The notes beneath the pieces are model-generated. The model saw nothing but the letters and a program-made list of their open reading frames with translations, made no database searches and was not told the DNA's origin. A stretch of 64,000 nt of DNA, taken from Candidatus Marinacidobacterium sp. Its GTDB lineage: Bacteria; Acidobacteriota; Vicinamibacteria; Marinacidobacterales; Marinacidobacteraceae. Both the position numbers and the translations under genes were made by a program. The stretch lies in assembly GCA_965204755.1 (NCBI GenBank), contig OZ242011.1:1536001-1600000 (forward strand), given 5' to 3'. Below are positions 1 to 9,578 of the stretch, one piece after another. Every line of letters begins with the position of its first letter. Positions within the stretch are counted from its first letter, which is position 1.

Positions 1-311
1 GCGACCCGCGCGCGGCGAACCCGCATGTCCGGGTTCCGCTTGCGACCGGTCTCGGCCACTTCCGCAACTTCCTGGTGGTTCACGCCGCCGCCGGGGTGGT
101 CGCGTTGCCGGGCGCCGCCGGGACGCTCTCCGAAGCGGCGATGGCCCGGACGCTCGGCCGGCCGCTGGTGGCGCTGGGAGACGCCTCCGCGGCGTCCGTT
201 CCCGGCGCCCGGCGGGCGGGTTCGGCGCGGGAGGCCGTCTCGCTGGCGCTGCGGCTCGTCGAGGAGGGTTCGACCGAGGTTCCGGCGGCGCGCGAGGACT
301 TCGACCGATGA
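1..311 (+). CDS. TIGR00725/LOG (SLOG) family protein, 3' part
   Basis: Frame open from the window edge: ANPHVRVPLATGLGHFRNFLVVHAAAGVVALPGAAGTLSE; ATGA overlap with mfd. Confidence 0.8.
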   Translation, partial: DPRAANPHVRVPLATGLGHFRNFLVVHAAAGVVALPGAAGTLSEAAMARTLGRPLVALGDASAASVPGARRAGSAREAVSLALRLVEEGSTEVPAAREDFDR

Positions 312-3300
312 ACGCGCCGCCGCGCCCGCCGGGGTTCGAGGCGCTCTTCGACGCAGTGGCGCGGCGGCGGGAGGCCGGCGTCCGGGAAGTCGTCCGGCTC
401 TCCGGCCCGGCCCGGCTGGCGGTGGCGGCGGCCTGGGCGGCGCTCGGCCAGCGGCCGCTGGCGCTCTTCCTGCCCGGCGATCCGGAACTGCTCCCCGCCT
501 CCGCCGACTTGGAGACGCTGCTGCGCGCCTTCGGCGTCTCCCGCCCGGTGCTTCGGCTTCCCGGCGTCGCGGTGAACCCGTACGGGGGCGGCTCGCCGCA
601 TCCGGAGGCGCTGGCGCTCCGCGCGGAGGCGCTCGCCTCGCTGGCGTCCGGCGGCGCCGACGGGGCGCCTCCGCCGGTGGTCGTCGCCTCGGCCGCCGGG
701 GCGCTCGCCCGCACGGCCGCGCCTGACCGGATCGCCGCCGCCGGGATCCGACTGGCGCGCGGAGGCTCGGGTTCGCCGATCGGGATCGCCCGGCGGCTGG
801 CCGACGCCGGCTACCGGCACGAGAACCCGGTCGGGTCGCCCGGGGACTTCGCCCGCCGGGGCGGCATCCTCGATGTGTTCCCGGTGCGCCGGAGACTGCC
901 GGTGCGCGTCGAGTTCGCCTTCGACGAAGTCGAAGACCTGCGGGAGTTCGAAGTGGACACCCAGCGAAGCGGCGACCACCTGGAGCGGCCCGCCGAACTC
1001 CGGGTCCCGCCGGCGTGGGAGTGGATCGGCGCGAACCCGCCGGCCGGCCCGGAAGAGCCGCATCCGGCGTTCTCCTCGCCGGGTAAGGCCGGCTTCCGGA
1101 GCGGCCTCGCGGAGTACTTGGAGGGCGCGGACCTCCTCCTCGCCGACCCGGAGCGGTTCCGGGAAGCCGCCGAGGGGGAGACCCTGCGGATCGCGGAATC
1201 ACATTCGTCCGCCGGGCGCCGGCGTCCGGTCGGCGCGGCGGCGCCGGAGGAGTTGCTCTCCGACCACGAGGAACTGCTCGACCATCTCGATCGGCGGCCG
1301 CCGGCCGGCGCGGTGCGGCTCCGCGCGCTCGATCCGCCGGCGAGGCGGCGGCGGGCGCCGGAGGGAGCGTTCCCCGCCGAGGAGATCGCGTCCCGGCCGG
1401 CGGAGTCCTACGCCCGCCGCCCGGCGGAACTCTTCGAGAGTCTGACCCGGCCGGCGCCGGCGGGGGCCGCGGCGCATGTGTTCGCCCCCGGGGAGGGCGC
1501 CGCCGCCCGGTTCCGGGAACGCGCCGCGCAGGCGGGCGCCCGGGTTTCCGACGACGAGAGCGGGGTCGGCGTCGGGGTCGAAGCGCCGCCGCGGGTCTTC
1601 ACGCACTCCGGCCGGTTGAGCGCCGGGTTCGAGATGCCCGGCATCGCGCTCCGCGTGGTGAGCGCCGCCGCTCTCCTGGGCGCCCCGCCCCGCGCGCGCC
1701 CCGCCCGTTCTTCCCGGACCCGGAGTTTCTTCTCCGACTTCCGCGACCTGAAACCCGGAGACCCGGTGGTCCACGCCGACCACGGGGTGGGCCGGTTCGT
1801 CCGGATCACCCGGCTGGACTCCGGCGAGGGCGCGCCGGAACTCGTGGAGATCCAGTACGCCAAGGGGGCGCGGCTCTTCGTGCCGGTGGACCGGCTGGAC
1901 CTGCTCGACCGCTACAGCGCCGGCGGCGACGGGGCCGCGCCGCCGCTCGACCGGCTGGGGGGCGGCGCCTGGGGACGGCGGCGGAAGCGGGTGGCCCGGG
2001 CGCTCCGGGACATCGCCGACGACCTCATCCGGTTGTACGCCGAGCGGCGCGAGACTCCGGGGCACGCGTTCGCGCAGGACACGCCGGGGCTCGGCGAATT
2101 CGAGGACGGCTTCGAGTGGGAGGAGACCGAAGACCAGGCGCGGGCGATCCGGGAGGTCTTCGCCGACATGGAGTCCCCGGCGCCGATGGACCGGCTGCTC
2201 GCCGGCGATGTGGGTTTCGGCAAGACGGAAGTGGCGCTCCGGGCGGCGTTCAAGGCCGCGATGGACGGCAAACAGGCGGCGATCCTGGCGCCGACGACGG
2301 TGCTCGCCGCGCAGCACGCCCGGGTGTTCGCCGAGCGGTTCCGCCCCTTCCCGATCCGGGTGGAACTGCTCTCCCGGTTCCGCGCGCCGAAGCAGCAGCG
2401 CGAGACCGCCGCCGGGCTCCGGAGCGGGGCGGTGGACATCGTCATCGGGACGCATCGGCTCCTGTCGAAGGATGTGGAGTTCCGCGACCTGGGCCTGCTG
2501 GTGGTGGACGAGGAGCAGCGCTTCGGGGTGGCGGCCAAGGAGCGGCTCAAGCGGCTGGCCTCCGGGGTGGACCATCTCGCCCTGACCGCGACCCCGATCC
2601 CCCGGACGCTGAACATGTCGCTCGCCGGCATCCGCGACCTCTCGGTCATCGAGACCGCGCCCCGGGACCGCATGGCCATCCACACCGAGGTCCGGCCGTT
2701 CGACCCGCCGTTGATCGCCGAGGCCATCCGGCACGAGATGGCGCGGGACGGGCAGGTGTACTTCGTCCACAACCGGATCGGGTCGCTGGACGCGATGGCC
2801 GCCTGGCTCGGCGACCTGACGCCGGAAGCGAAGATCCTCACCGCGCACGGAAAGATGCCGGAGGCGGCGCTCGAGCGGACGATCCTCCGCTTCCAGAACG
2901 GGGAGGCCGACATCCTGCTGGCGACCACGATCATCGAGAACGGTCTCGACCTGCCCCGGGTGAACACCCTGCTGGTGAACCGGGCGGAGACTTTCGGCCT
3001 GTCGCAGTTGTACCAAATCCGCGGCCGGGTGGGGCGCTCCTCGCGGAGGGCGTACGCCTACCTGCTGACGCCGCCGGGAGGCCCGGTCCCGGAACGGGCG
3101 GAGCCCCGGCTCCGGGCGCTGCGCGAGTTCAGCGAACTCGGGGCCGGCTTCCGCATCGCGGCGCTCGACCTGGAGTTGCGCGGAGCGGGGAACCTGCTCG
3201 GAGCGGCGCAGCACGGCCACCTCGAAGCGGTCGGCTTCGACCTCTACCATCGGCTGCTCGAAGAGGCGGTGGCCGAAGCGCGCGGAACGCCGAAGCGCGG

Positions 3301-3754
3301 CCGCTGCTCCATGAACCTGAAATTCCAGTTGCGGATCCCGGACGCCTACATCGAAGAGGAGCGGCAGCGGATGTGGCTCTACAAGCGGTGCTCGTCGGCG
3401 GCTTCGGAGGAGGATCTCTCCCGGCTGACCTCGGAGGCGCGCGACCGGTTCGGGCCGCCGCCGGAGGAGGTCTCGCTCCTGTTCCGGCATGTGGGCCTGC
3501 GCCTCCGGGCCGAGGCTCTCGGCTACGCGGGAATCCACCGGGAGAGCGGGCGGGACGGCGGCGCCCTCCGCTTCGACTCCGCCGGAGAAGAAGGCGCGGC
3601 CGGCGGGTTCCGGGCGCCGCTGCCGGCGGCATCCGACCCGGCGGCGGTGCTCGACTCGCTGGAGACCGCGCTTTCGGCGGTGGAAGCGGTCCGCGCCGGA
3701 GCGCCGCCTCCCCCGCCGACCCCCGCGGTCGCCGCCGCGGCAGCGGGAACATGA
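308..3754 (+). CDS. mfd: Transcription-repair coupling factor
   Basis: RRGGILDVFP, CarD-like VVHADHGVGRF, GDVGFGKTEVA, DEEQRFG, QIRGRVGRS, C-terminal TRCF region. Confidence 0.97.
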   Translation: MNAPPRPPGFEALFDAVARRREAGVREVVRLSGPARLAVAAAWAALGQRPLALFLPGDPELLPASADLETLLRAFGVSRPVLRLPGVAVNPYGGGSPHPEALALRAEALASLASGGADGAPPPVVVASAAGALARTAAPDRIAAAGIRLARGGSGSPIGIARRLADAGYRHENPVGSPGDFARRGGILDVFPVRRRLPVRVEFAFDEVEDLREFEVDTQRSGDHLERPAELRVPPAWEWIGANPPAGPEEPHPAFSSPGKAGFRSGLAEYLEGADLLLADPERFREAAEGETLRIAESHSSAGRRRPVGAAAPEELLSDHEELLDHLDRRPPAGAVRLRALDPPARRRRAPEGAFPAEEIASRPAESYARRPAELFESLTRPAPAGAAAHVFAPGEGAAARFRERAAQAGARVSDDESGVGVGVEAPPRVFTHSGRLSAGFEMPGIALRVVSAAALLGAPPRARPARSSRTRSFFSDFRDLKPGDPVVHADHGVGRFVRITRLDSGEGAPELVEIQYAKGARLFVPVDRLDLLDRYSAGGDGAAPPLDRLGGGAWGRRRKRVARALRDIADDLIRLYAERRETPGHAFAQDTPGLGEFEDGFEWEETEDQARAIREVFADMESPAPMDRLLAGDVGFGKTEVALRAAFKAAMDGKQAAILAPTTVLAAQHARVFAERFRPFPIRVELLSRFRAPKQQRETAAGLRSGAVDIVIGTHRLLSKDVEFRDLGLLVVDEEQRFGVAAKERLKRLASGVDHLALTATPIPRTLNMSLAGIRDLSVIETAPRDRMAIHTEVRPFDPPLIAEAIRHEMARDGQVYFVHNRIGSLDAMAAWLGDLTPEAKILTAHGKMPEAALERTILRFQNGEADILLATTIIENGLDLPRVNTLLVNRAETFGLSQLYQIRGRVGRSSRRAYAYLLTPPGGPVPERAEPRLRALREFSELGAGFRIAALDLELRGAGNLLGAAQHGHLEAVGFDLYHRLLEEAVAEARGTPKRGRCSMNLKFQLRIPDAYIEEERQRMWLYKRCSSAASEEDLSRLTSEARDRFGPPPEEVSLLFRHVGLRLRAEALGYAGIHRESGRDGGALRFDSAGEEGAAGGFRAPLPAASDPAAVLDSLETALSAVEAVRAGAPPPPPTPAVAAAAAGT

Positions 3755-4746
3755 CTCCTCGGCGGCGCGCGCGCGTTCCCGCGGCGGCCCTCTTCGCCCT
3801 CCTGTTCGCCCTGTTCGGCCTGTTCGCCCTGTCGGCCGGATGCGGGTTCGTCGCCGACCCGGACGGGCGTCCGGTCCTGAGCATCGGCGACCGGGACTAC
3901 ACCCACGCCGAGTTCGACGAGTTCGTGACCGCCCGGACCGCGCTGGGCATTCCCGTCGACGCCGCCCTGCTCAGCGTGCTGTTCGACGAGTTCGTGCGGG
4001 AGCAGTTGTTCCTGATCGCCGCCGACGACGCCGGGATCGAGGTCTCCGCGATGCGGGTGGCGGCGGAAGTGAGCGCCCTAGAACGGCTGCCCGGCGCCGG
4101 CCCGGGCGGAGGGGAAGCGGCCGCCGACGAGCCGGCCCCCGCGGGTCCGCCCCCGGTCGCGCGCCGGCAGGTGCGCAACCGGCTGCGGATCGAACGCCTG
4201 CTGGAAACCGAGTTGCTCGGCGACCTGGCGCCGTCGGACGAGGCGGCGCTGCTGGAGTTCGAGAGCGGGCTCCCGTTCTATTCCCGCCCGGAAACGGTGT
4301 CGCTCTCCGAGCGGGCGTTCGAGGACCGCGAAGAGGCGGAGGCCGCGCTCGCCGAGATCCGGGCGGCGGCTTCGGAAACGGAGGACGGAGGGGAACCGGG
4401 GGCGGAGGGACCGTCGGCGCCGGAAGGTTTCGCCGCCATCGGCGCCTTCCGGCGCGGCGAGTTGCCGGAAGCGGTGGGTGAAGTCGTCTTCGAACTGGAG
4501 GCCGGCGACGCGACGGAGGTCATCGAGACCGCTACCGGTTTCCGCATCTACCGGGTCGAAGAACACCAGCCGGGCGGCCGGCTGGAGTTCGAGGAAGTCG
4601 AGGAAGTGGTGCAGTTGACCGTGCTGCGGCGGGAAGCGGATGCCCGCATCGCCGCCTTCCTCGAAGACCTGCGCGCCCGGCACCCGGTGGAAGTCCACGC
4701 CGCCCGGCTCCGCTTCCCCTATGTCGGCCTCCTCGCCGAACCCTGA
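3751..4746 (+). CDS. SurA/PrsA-like peptidyl-prolyl isomerase, probable lipoprotein
   Basis: ATG overlaps the mfd stop; signal peptide ending LSAGC; degenerate rotamase domain (GELPEAV..VFEL..G..TEVIETATGFRIY). Confidence 0.75.
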   Translation: MTPRRRARVPAAALFALLFALFGLFALSAGCGFVADPDGRPVLSIGDRDYTHAEFDEFVTARTALGIPVDAALLSVLFDEFVREQLFLIAADDAGIEVSAMRVAAEVSALERLPGAGPGGGEAAADEPAPAGPPPVARRQVRNRLRIERLLETELLGDLAPSDEAALLEFESGLPFYSRPETVSLSERAFEDREEAEAALAEIRAAASETEDGGEPGAEGPSAPEGFAAIGAFRRGELPEAVGEVVFELEAGDATEVIETATGFRIYRVEEHQPGGRLEFEEVEEVVQLTVLRREADARIAAFLEDLRARHPVEVHAARLRFPYVGLLAEP

Positions 4747-4791
4747 CCGGCCGAAGATCCTCCGACCGAACCCGTTTCCCCGCTCTCTACA

Positions 4792-5886
4792 ATGCCTTCG
4801 CGCCCGATGACTCCCCCGCTGCCCCGCCTGCTGACCCGCCCCCTGACCCACCTGCCGCCACTCCCGAAGTTCCGACTCTCGGCGCCGTCCGCGGGGCCCC
4901 GGCGCTTCGCCCCGGCGCTGGCCGCCGCCGCGCTCGCCCTCGCGGCCGCGGCCGCCTCCGCCCAGGAGACGCCCCCTCCGGGGCCGGAGGTGGTGGACCG
5001 GGTGGTGGCGCTGGTGAACGGGGACATGATCACGCTCAGCGAACTCGAGCGGCAGGTCACCGTCCAGTCCGAGCGGCTCGGCGTCCCCGAAGACGATCCG
5101 GCGCTGGCGGCGGAGTTCCGCTCGCGCATCCTCCAGGGGATGGTGGACAACGCCCTCATCCTGCAACTGGCGGAAGAACGCGGCCTCCGGGTTCCCGACC
5201 GCTACTTCGACGACTGGAAGGAGCAGACGATCAAGGAGATGAACCTGCCCGACGAGGCGGAGTTCATCCGCCAGGTGGAACTGCAGGGGACGAACCTCGA
5301 AGAACTGAAGAAGCAGTTCTTCGAAGGCGTGCTCATCCAGGAGATCCGCCGGCAGGACATCGAGGAGCGGGTGCGGATCAGCGAGCCGGAGATCGAGCAG
5401 CGCTACCGCGAGAATGTGGACGAGTTCGTCACGCCGCCCAAGGTCCGCCTCAACGAGATCGTGATCCACATCGGGGAAGCGGGAGAGGCGGACGCCCGCT
5501 CGCGCATCGAGGAGGCGAAACGGCTCGTCGCTTCCGGGAACGCGTTCTCGGAAGTCGCCGGCGTGCGCTCCGAATCCGCCTCCGCGGAGAGCGGCGGCGC
5601 GCTCGGGCTCTTCGAACTCGGCGAGTTGGACGAAACCTTCCGGACCGTGGTGGAGAGCCTCGAGACCGGCGGGGTGTCGGACCCGATCCGCCTCGGCGAC
5701 TCGTTCTACCTGCTCGGCGTGGAGGAACGGACCGAGGAGACCACCACGCCGCTCGACGAGGTGCGCAACCAGATCGCGGAATCGCTCTACGCCGAGAAGA
5801 TGGAGACCGAGATGGCCGCCTTCGTGGAGAACCTGCGCAAGAACGCGATCGTCGAAATCCGGCTCGAGGACTCGCCGTCGCCCTGA
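4792..5886 (+). CDS. surA: SurA-like chaperone / parvulin PPIase
   Basis: VVDRVVALVNGDMITLSEL N-domain; SAESGGALGLF..GEL parvulin motif; start uncertain. Confidence 0.85.
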   Translation: MPSRPMTPPLPRLLTRPLTHLPPLPKFRLSAPSAGPRRFAPALAAAALALAAAAASAQETPPPGPEVVDRVVALVNGDMITLSELERQVTVQSERLGVPEDDPALAAEFRSRILQGMVDNALILQLAEERGLRVPDRYFDDWKEQTIKEMNLPDEAEFIRQVELQGTNLEELKKQFFEGVLIQEIRRQDIEERVRISEPEIEQRYRENVDEFVTPPKVRLNEIVIHIGEAGEADARSRIEEAKRLVASGNAFSEVAGVRSESASAESGGALGLFELGELDETFRTVVESLETGGVSDPIRLGDSFYLLGVEERTEETTTPLDEVRNQIAESLYAEKMETEMAAFVENLRKNAIVEIRLEDSPSP

Positions 5887-5934
5887 TCCGCCCTCCGGTG
5901 GGCGAAGCCGCCCGGGAGGCGGGGCCGCCGGCGC

Positions 5935-6975
5935 TCAGCCTCCCCGGGTGTGCATCTCGAGGTGCGGGTTCTCCTCGAGCGCCTTCCGGCCGAGCAGCGC
6001 CGTCCGATCGGCGAGCGCTGCCCGCTCTTCGGCCCCGCGGGCGTCCCGGGCGGCCCACTCGCCGAGGATGAGCGCCTCGAGGGCGTCCGCGTCCGCGCCG
6101 GCGCGGAGCGGCGCCCGCAGGTCCCGGCCGGAGGCGGCGTAGAGGCAGTCGAACCACCTCCCGTCGGCGGTCAGCCGGCTCCGGTCGCAGGCGCGGCAGA
6201 AGGGCTCGGTGACCGAGGCGATGGTCCCGAACACCCGACCGTCGGGAATCCGGTAGCGCCGCGCCGGCGCCGCCGGGTCGCCGTCCGGGACGGACTCCGG
6301 GGCGCCGTAGCGCGAGGCCATGGCGCTGCGGATCTCGGCGGCGGAGACCACCCGGTCGGCGCTCCACTCGGTCGCGCCGCCCACATCCATGTACTCGATG
6401 AACCGGACTTCGGCGCCCTGCTCCGAGGCGAACTCGAAGAGGTCGGTCAACTCGTCCTCGTTCACGCCGCGCATCACCACCGTGTCCAGTTTCAGCGGGG
6501 CGAGACCGGCGGCGCCGGCGGCGGCGATCCCGGCCCGAACCCGGTCGAGGCCGTCGCGGCGGGTCAGGGCGCGGAAGCGGTCGGGGCGCAGCGTGTCCAG
6601 ACTCACGGTGATCCGGGAGAGGCCCGCCGCGGCGAGCGCCCCCGCCGCCGGCGCGAGCAGCAGCCCGTTGGTGGTGAGCGCGAGGTCCTCGACGAGTTCC
6701 AGCGCGGCCAGCCGTTCCAAGAGTTCCGGGAGGTGGGGACGGATCAGCGGCTCCCCGCCGGTGATCCGGAGGCGGCGGACCCCGAGCGCCGCGAACCGTT
6801 CGGTCAGGAAGACCGTCTCCTCGAAGGAGAGGAGGTCCCGGCGCGGCAGCCAGCGGTAGGTCTCCTCCGGCATGCAGTAGTGGCAGCGGAGGTTGCAGCG
6901 GTCGGTGACCGAGAGCCGGAGGCTCCGCAGCGGGCGCCCGAACCGGTCGAGGGCGGCGGAGGCGGGAGGGGGCAT
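5935..6975 (-). CDS. moaA: GTP 3',8-cyclase (molybdenum cofactor biosynthesis)
   Basis: LRLSVTDRCNLRCHYCMP, FCRACDRSRLTADG, C-terminal GG. Confidence 0.97.
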   Translation of the reverse strand: MPPPASAALDRFGRPLRSLRLSVTDRCNLRCHYCMPEETYRWLPRRDLLSFEETVFLTERFAALGVRRLRITGGEPLIRPHLPELLERLAALELVEDLALTTNGLLLAPAAGALAAAGLSRITVSLDTLRPDRFRALTRRDGLDRVRAGIAAAGAAGLAPLKLDTVVMRGVNEDELTDLFEFASEQGAEVRFIEYMDVGGATEWSADRVVSAAEIRSAMASRYGAPESVPDGDPAAPARRYRIPDGRVFGTIASVTEPFCRACDRSRLTADGRWFDCLYAASGRDLRAPLRAGADADALEALILGEWAARDARGAEERAALADRTALLGRKALEENPHLEMHTRGG

Positions 6976-6997
6976 CGCCGGGACCGGGCGCCGCCGG

Positions 6998-7837
6998 TCA
7001 GTTCACCGAGAGCAGTTCGATCTCGAACAACAGCGTGGCGAAGCCGGGAATGCTGCTGCCCCGCCCGGCGTCGCCGTACGCCAGGTCGTGCGGGATCACC
7101 AGCCGGCGCCGGCCGCCGACCCGCATCCCGGCCACCCCCCGGTTCCACCCGGCGATGACCCCGCCGGCGCCGGTGTTTCCCAAGGTGAAGGAGAACGGCT
7201 CGTCCGCGCCGGCGCTGTCGAACTGCTCGCCGCGGCGGTCTTCGGCGAGCGGGGCGTAGAGCCAGCCGGTGTAGGTCACGGAGAGCGACGCCCCCTCCGT
7301 CGCTTCCTCGCCGGTTCCCTCCTCCAGGTCGGTCTGCCCGTAGGGGACCGGGTCGGCGAAGAGCAACTCGAATTCGACCAGCAGGTGCGCGTTCGCCGGG
7401 ACGCTGGCGGTGCCGTCGGCGCCCCAACCCCGATCCGGCGGAATCACGATCCGCCGCCGGCCGCCGACCCGCATCCCGGCGACCCCGGCATCCACCCCGG
7501 CGATCGTCTGGCCGGCGCCGAGCCGGAAGACGATGGGATCCTCGGCGGTGGCCACGCCGAATTCCCGCCCGCGGTTGTCGTCCGCGTCCTCGTCATAGAC
7601 CCAGCCCTGGTAGGCGCCGGCGACCAGGTCGCCGTCGGACGCCTCCCGGCCGTCCCCCTCCTCCAGATCGGTCGCGCTGAACGGGAGGTCCAGCGCCGGA
7701 GGAGCGGGATCGGGCGTCGTCGGCGAGTCGCCTCCGCAGGCGGCGAGGAGCGCCGAGGGCAGGAACGCCGCAGCGAGCGCGCGGCCGAACGGGGGGCGGC
7801 GCGGGAGCGGGAGTCGGGGCATCTGTTTCCGATTCAC
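6998..7837 (-). CDS. FKBP-type PPIase lipoprotein with two FKBP domains
   Basis: Lipobox LAAC; two copies of GMRVGGRRR.VIP.. Confidence 0.92.
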   Translation of the reverse strand: MNRKQMPRLPLPRRPPFGRALAAAFLPSALLAACGGDSPTTPDPAPPALDLPFSATDLEEGDGREASDGDLVAGAYQGWVYDEDADDNRGREFGVATAEDPIVFRLGAGQTIAGVDAGVAGMRVGGRRRIVIPPDRGWGADGTASVPANAHLLVEFELLFADPVPYGQTDLEEGTGEEATEGASLSVTYTGWLYAPLAEDRRGEQFDSAGADEPFSFTLGNTGAGGVIAGWNRGVAGMRVGGRRRLVIPHDLAYGDAGRGSSIPGFATLLFEIELLSVN

Positions 7838-8037
7838 TGGGGGTTCAACGGGATTCGATCACGAACGCGGGAGGAACCCGCCCGGACGGGCGGCGGCGAC
7901 CCGGCCTTCGGCGAAGACCGTCCCACCGGGGACGGCGCCGCGGTGACAGCCCGCCGCAGACGACGCCGGCCGCGGCGACGACTGCGGCCGCGGCGGGGGA
8001 GAGAAAAAGACCGGTCTCGGGAACCGGACGGAGGGGC

Positions 8038-8379
8038 TCAGCCGGCGAGGAGGGACTCCAGTTTGGCGGCCAGTTTGTCCTTCGTCTGCACGCCGATCAC
8101 CTGACCGACGACCTCCCCGTTCCGGAAGAAGAGCAGCGTCGGGATGGACCGCACCTTGTAGTTCTCTGCGATCCGGGGCTGGTCGTCGATGTTCACCTTG
8201 CCGACGACCGCGCGCCCGTGGAAGTCCTCCGCGAGTTCCGCGATCGTGGGCGCGATCATCCGGCAGGGCCCGCACCACTCGGCCCAGAAGTCCACGAGAC
8301 TCGGCTGGCTGCCCTGCACCACCGAGTCGAAGTTGGCGTCCGTCAGTTCGACGGCCTGTTTGCCGTTGCCTTCAGCCAT
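8038..8379 (-). CDS. trxA: Thioredoxin
   Basis: VDFWAEWCGPCRM, SIPTL. Confidence 0.96.
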   Translation of the reverse strand: MAEGNGKQAVELTDANFDSVVQGSQPSLVDFWAEWCGPCRMIAPTIAELAEDFHGRAVVGKVNIDDQPRIAENYKVRSIPTLLFFRNGEVVGQVIGVQTKDKLAAKLESLLAG

Positions 8380-8511
8380 GAGTTCTCGTTCCACTCCGTT
8401 GAAGCGGCGCCTGCCGATGGCGGCGGCGCCGGGAAAACGCCGATTTTAGCAGCGGGACGAGGTTTCCCCGCCGCGGCCGCGGGCCGCCTCCGCCCGCCGG
8501 GGAGGCCGAGA

Positions 8512-9498
8512 ATGGGATACTTGACGCCGGTACCGGCGCGAAAACCACCCCCGCTACGAGCGGACGACAGCACTTTGGACTTCCACCATCACGACCACTC
8601 GCACGGCCACGCGCACGGGAAAAAGCCGTCGCAGCGGGCGCTGCTGGCGGCGATCGCGTGCACGCTGACCATCGCGCTGGCGGAGTTCGTCGGCGGATGG
8701 ATGGCGAACAGCCTGGCGCTCCAGGGCGACGCCGGGCACATGTTGAGCGACACGGCGGCGCTGGGCGTGTCCTTGTTCGCCGCCTGGCTCGCCACCCGCC
8801 CGCTGACGGCGCGCCGCACCTTCGGCCTCCACCGGGCCGAAGTGCTGGCCGCCCTGCTGAACGCGCTGCTGCTGCTCGGCATCGCCGGCTGGGTGGCGCT
8901 CCGGGCGTTCGGCCGGGTCGGGCACCATGTCCACATCTCGGCGCTCCCGGTGCTGGTGATCGCCATCATCGGGCTCATCGTCAACCTGATCGCGCTCCGG
9001 CTGCTCGGGCACCACCAGCACAGCAACCTGAACATCCGCGGCGCGTTCCTCCATGTGCTCGGGGACACGCTGGGTTCGGCGGGAGTGATCGCCTCGGCCA
9101 TCGTCATCTACTTCACCGACTGGACGCCGATCGACGCGCTGGTCTCGCTGGGGATCGCCGCGCTGCTCGTCCTCTCCGGAGTCCGGCTGCTGCGCGACAG
9201 CGTCTCGGTGCTCATGCTGGCCACGCCGTCCGATGTGGACGCCGGCGAAGTGGAGGCCAGCCTGCGCGCGGTTCCCGGCATCCGGGGGATCCACGACCTC
9301 CACATCTGGACGGTGAACAGCGGTTTCGTTTCCTTCAGTTGCCACGCGGAGATCGAGGAAGACGCCGTGCCCGACCGGATCCTCCGGCGGGCGACCGATC
9401 TCCTCCGGGAGAAGTTCGGGATCCGCCATGTGACGATCCAGCCGGAAGCCGGACCGGTGCACTCCGAGAGCGACGCCTGCCGGATCGTGGCCACCTGA
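8512..9498 (+). CDS. Cation diffusion facilitator (CzcD/ZitB-like) transporter
   Basis: His-rich N-terminus, DAGHMLSD, AFLHVLGD, IHDLHIW, HVTIQPE; start could be TTG at 8575. Confidence 0.92.
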   Translation: MGYLTPVPARKPPPLRADDSTLDFHHHDHSHGHAHGKKPSQRALLAAIACTLTIALAEFVGGWMANSLALQGDAGHMLSDTAALGVSLFAAWLATRPLTARRTFGLHRAEVLAALLNALLLLGIAGWVALRAFGRVGHHVHISALPVLVIAIIGLIVNLIALRLLGHHQHSNLNIRGAFLHVLGDTLGSAGVIASAIVIYFTDWTPIDALVSLGIAALLVLSGVRLLRDSVSVLMLATPSDVDAGEVEASLRAVPGIRGIHDLHIWTVNSGFVSFSCHAEIEEDAVPDRILRRATDLLREKFGIRHVTIQPEAGPVHSESDACRIVAT

Positions 9499-9578
9499 CG
9501 GCCCGTGGCAAAGGCGCTCCGGCGCGAACCCGTGAGGGGCGTTTCGGGCCCCCGCCGGCCCGCCCCGCCGAGGCGCCG

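Noticed and set aside
1199-3538. Many long antisense or alternative-frame ORFs (also 54617-57685, 18355-20889, 59244-61331)
   Set aside because: Shadow ORFs of recognisable genes in high-GC DNA; Arg/Pro/Gly-rich with no motifs
3787-3836. 9-bp repeats CCTGTTCG(C/G)
   Set aside because: In-frame ALF/GLF repeats within a signal peptide; not CRISPR-like
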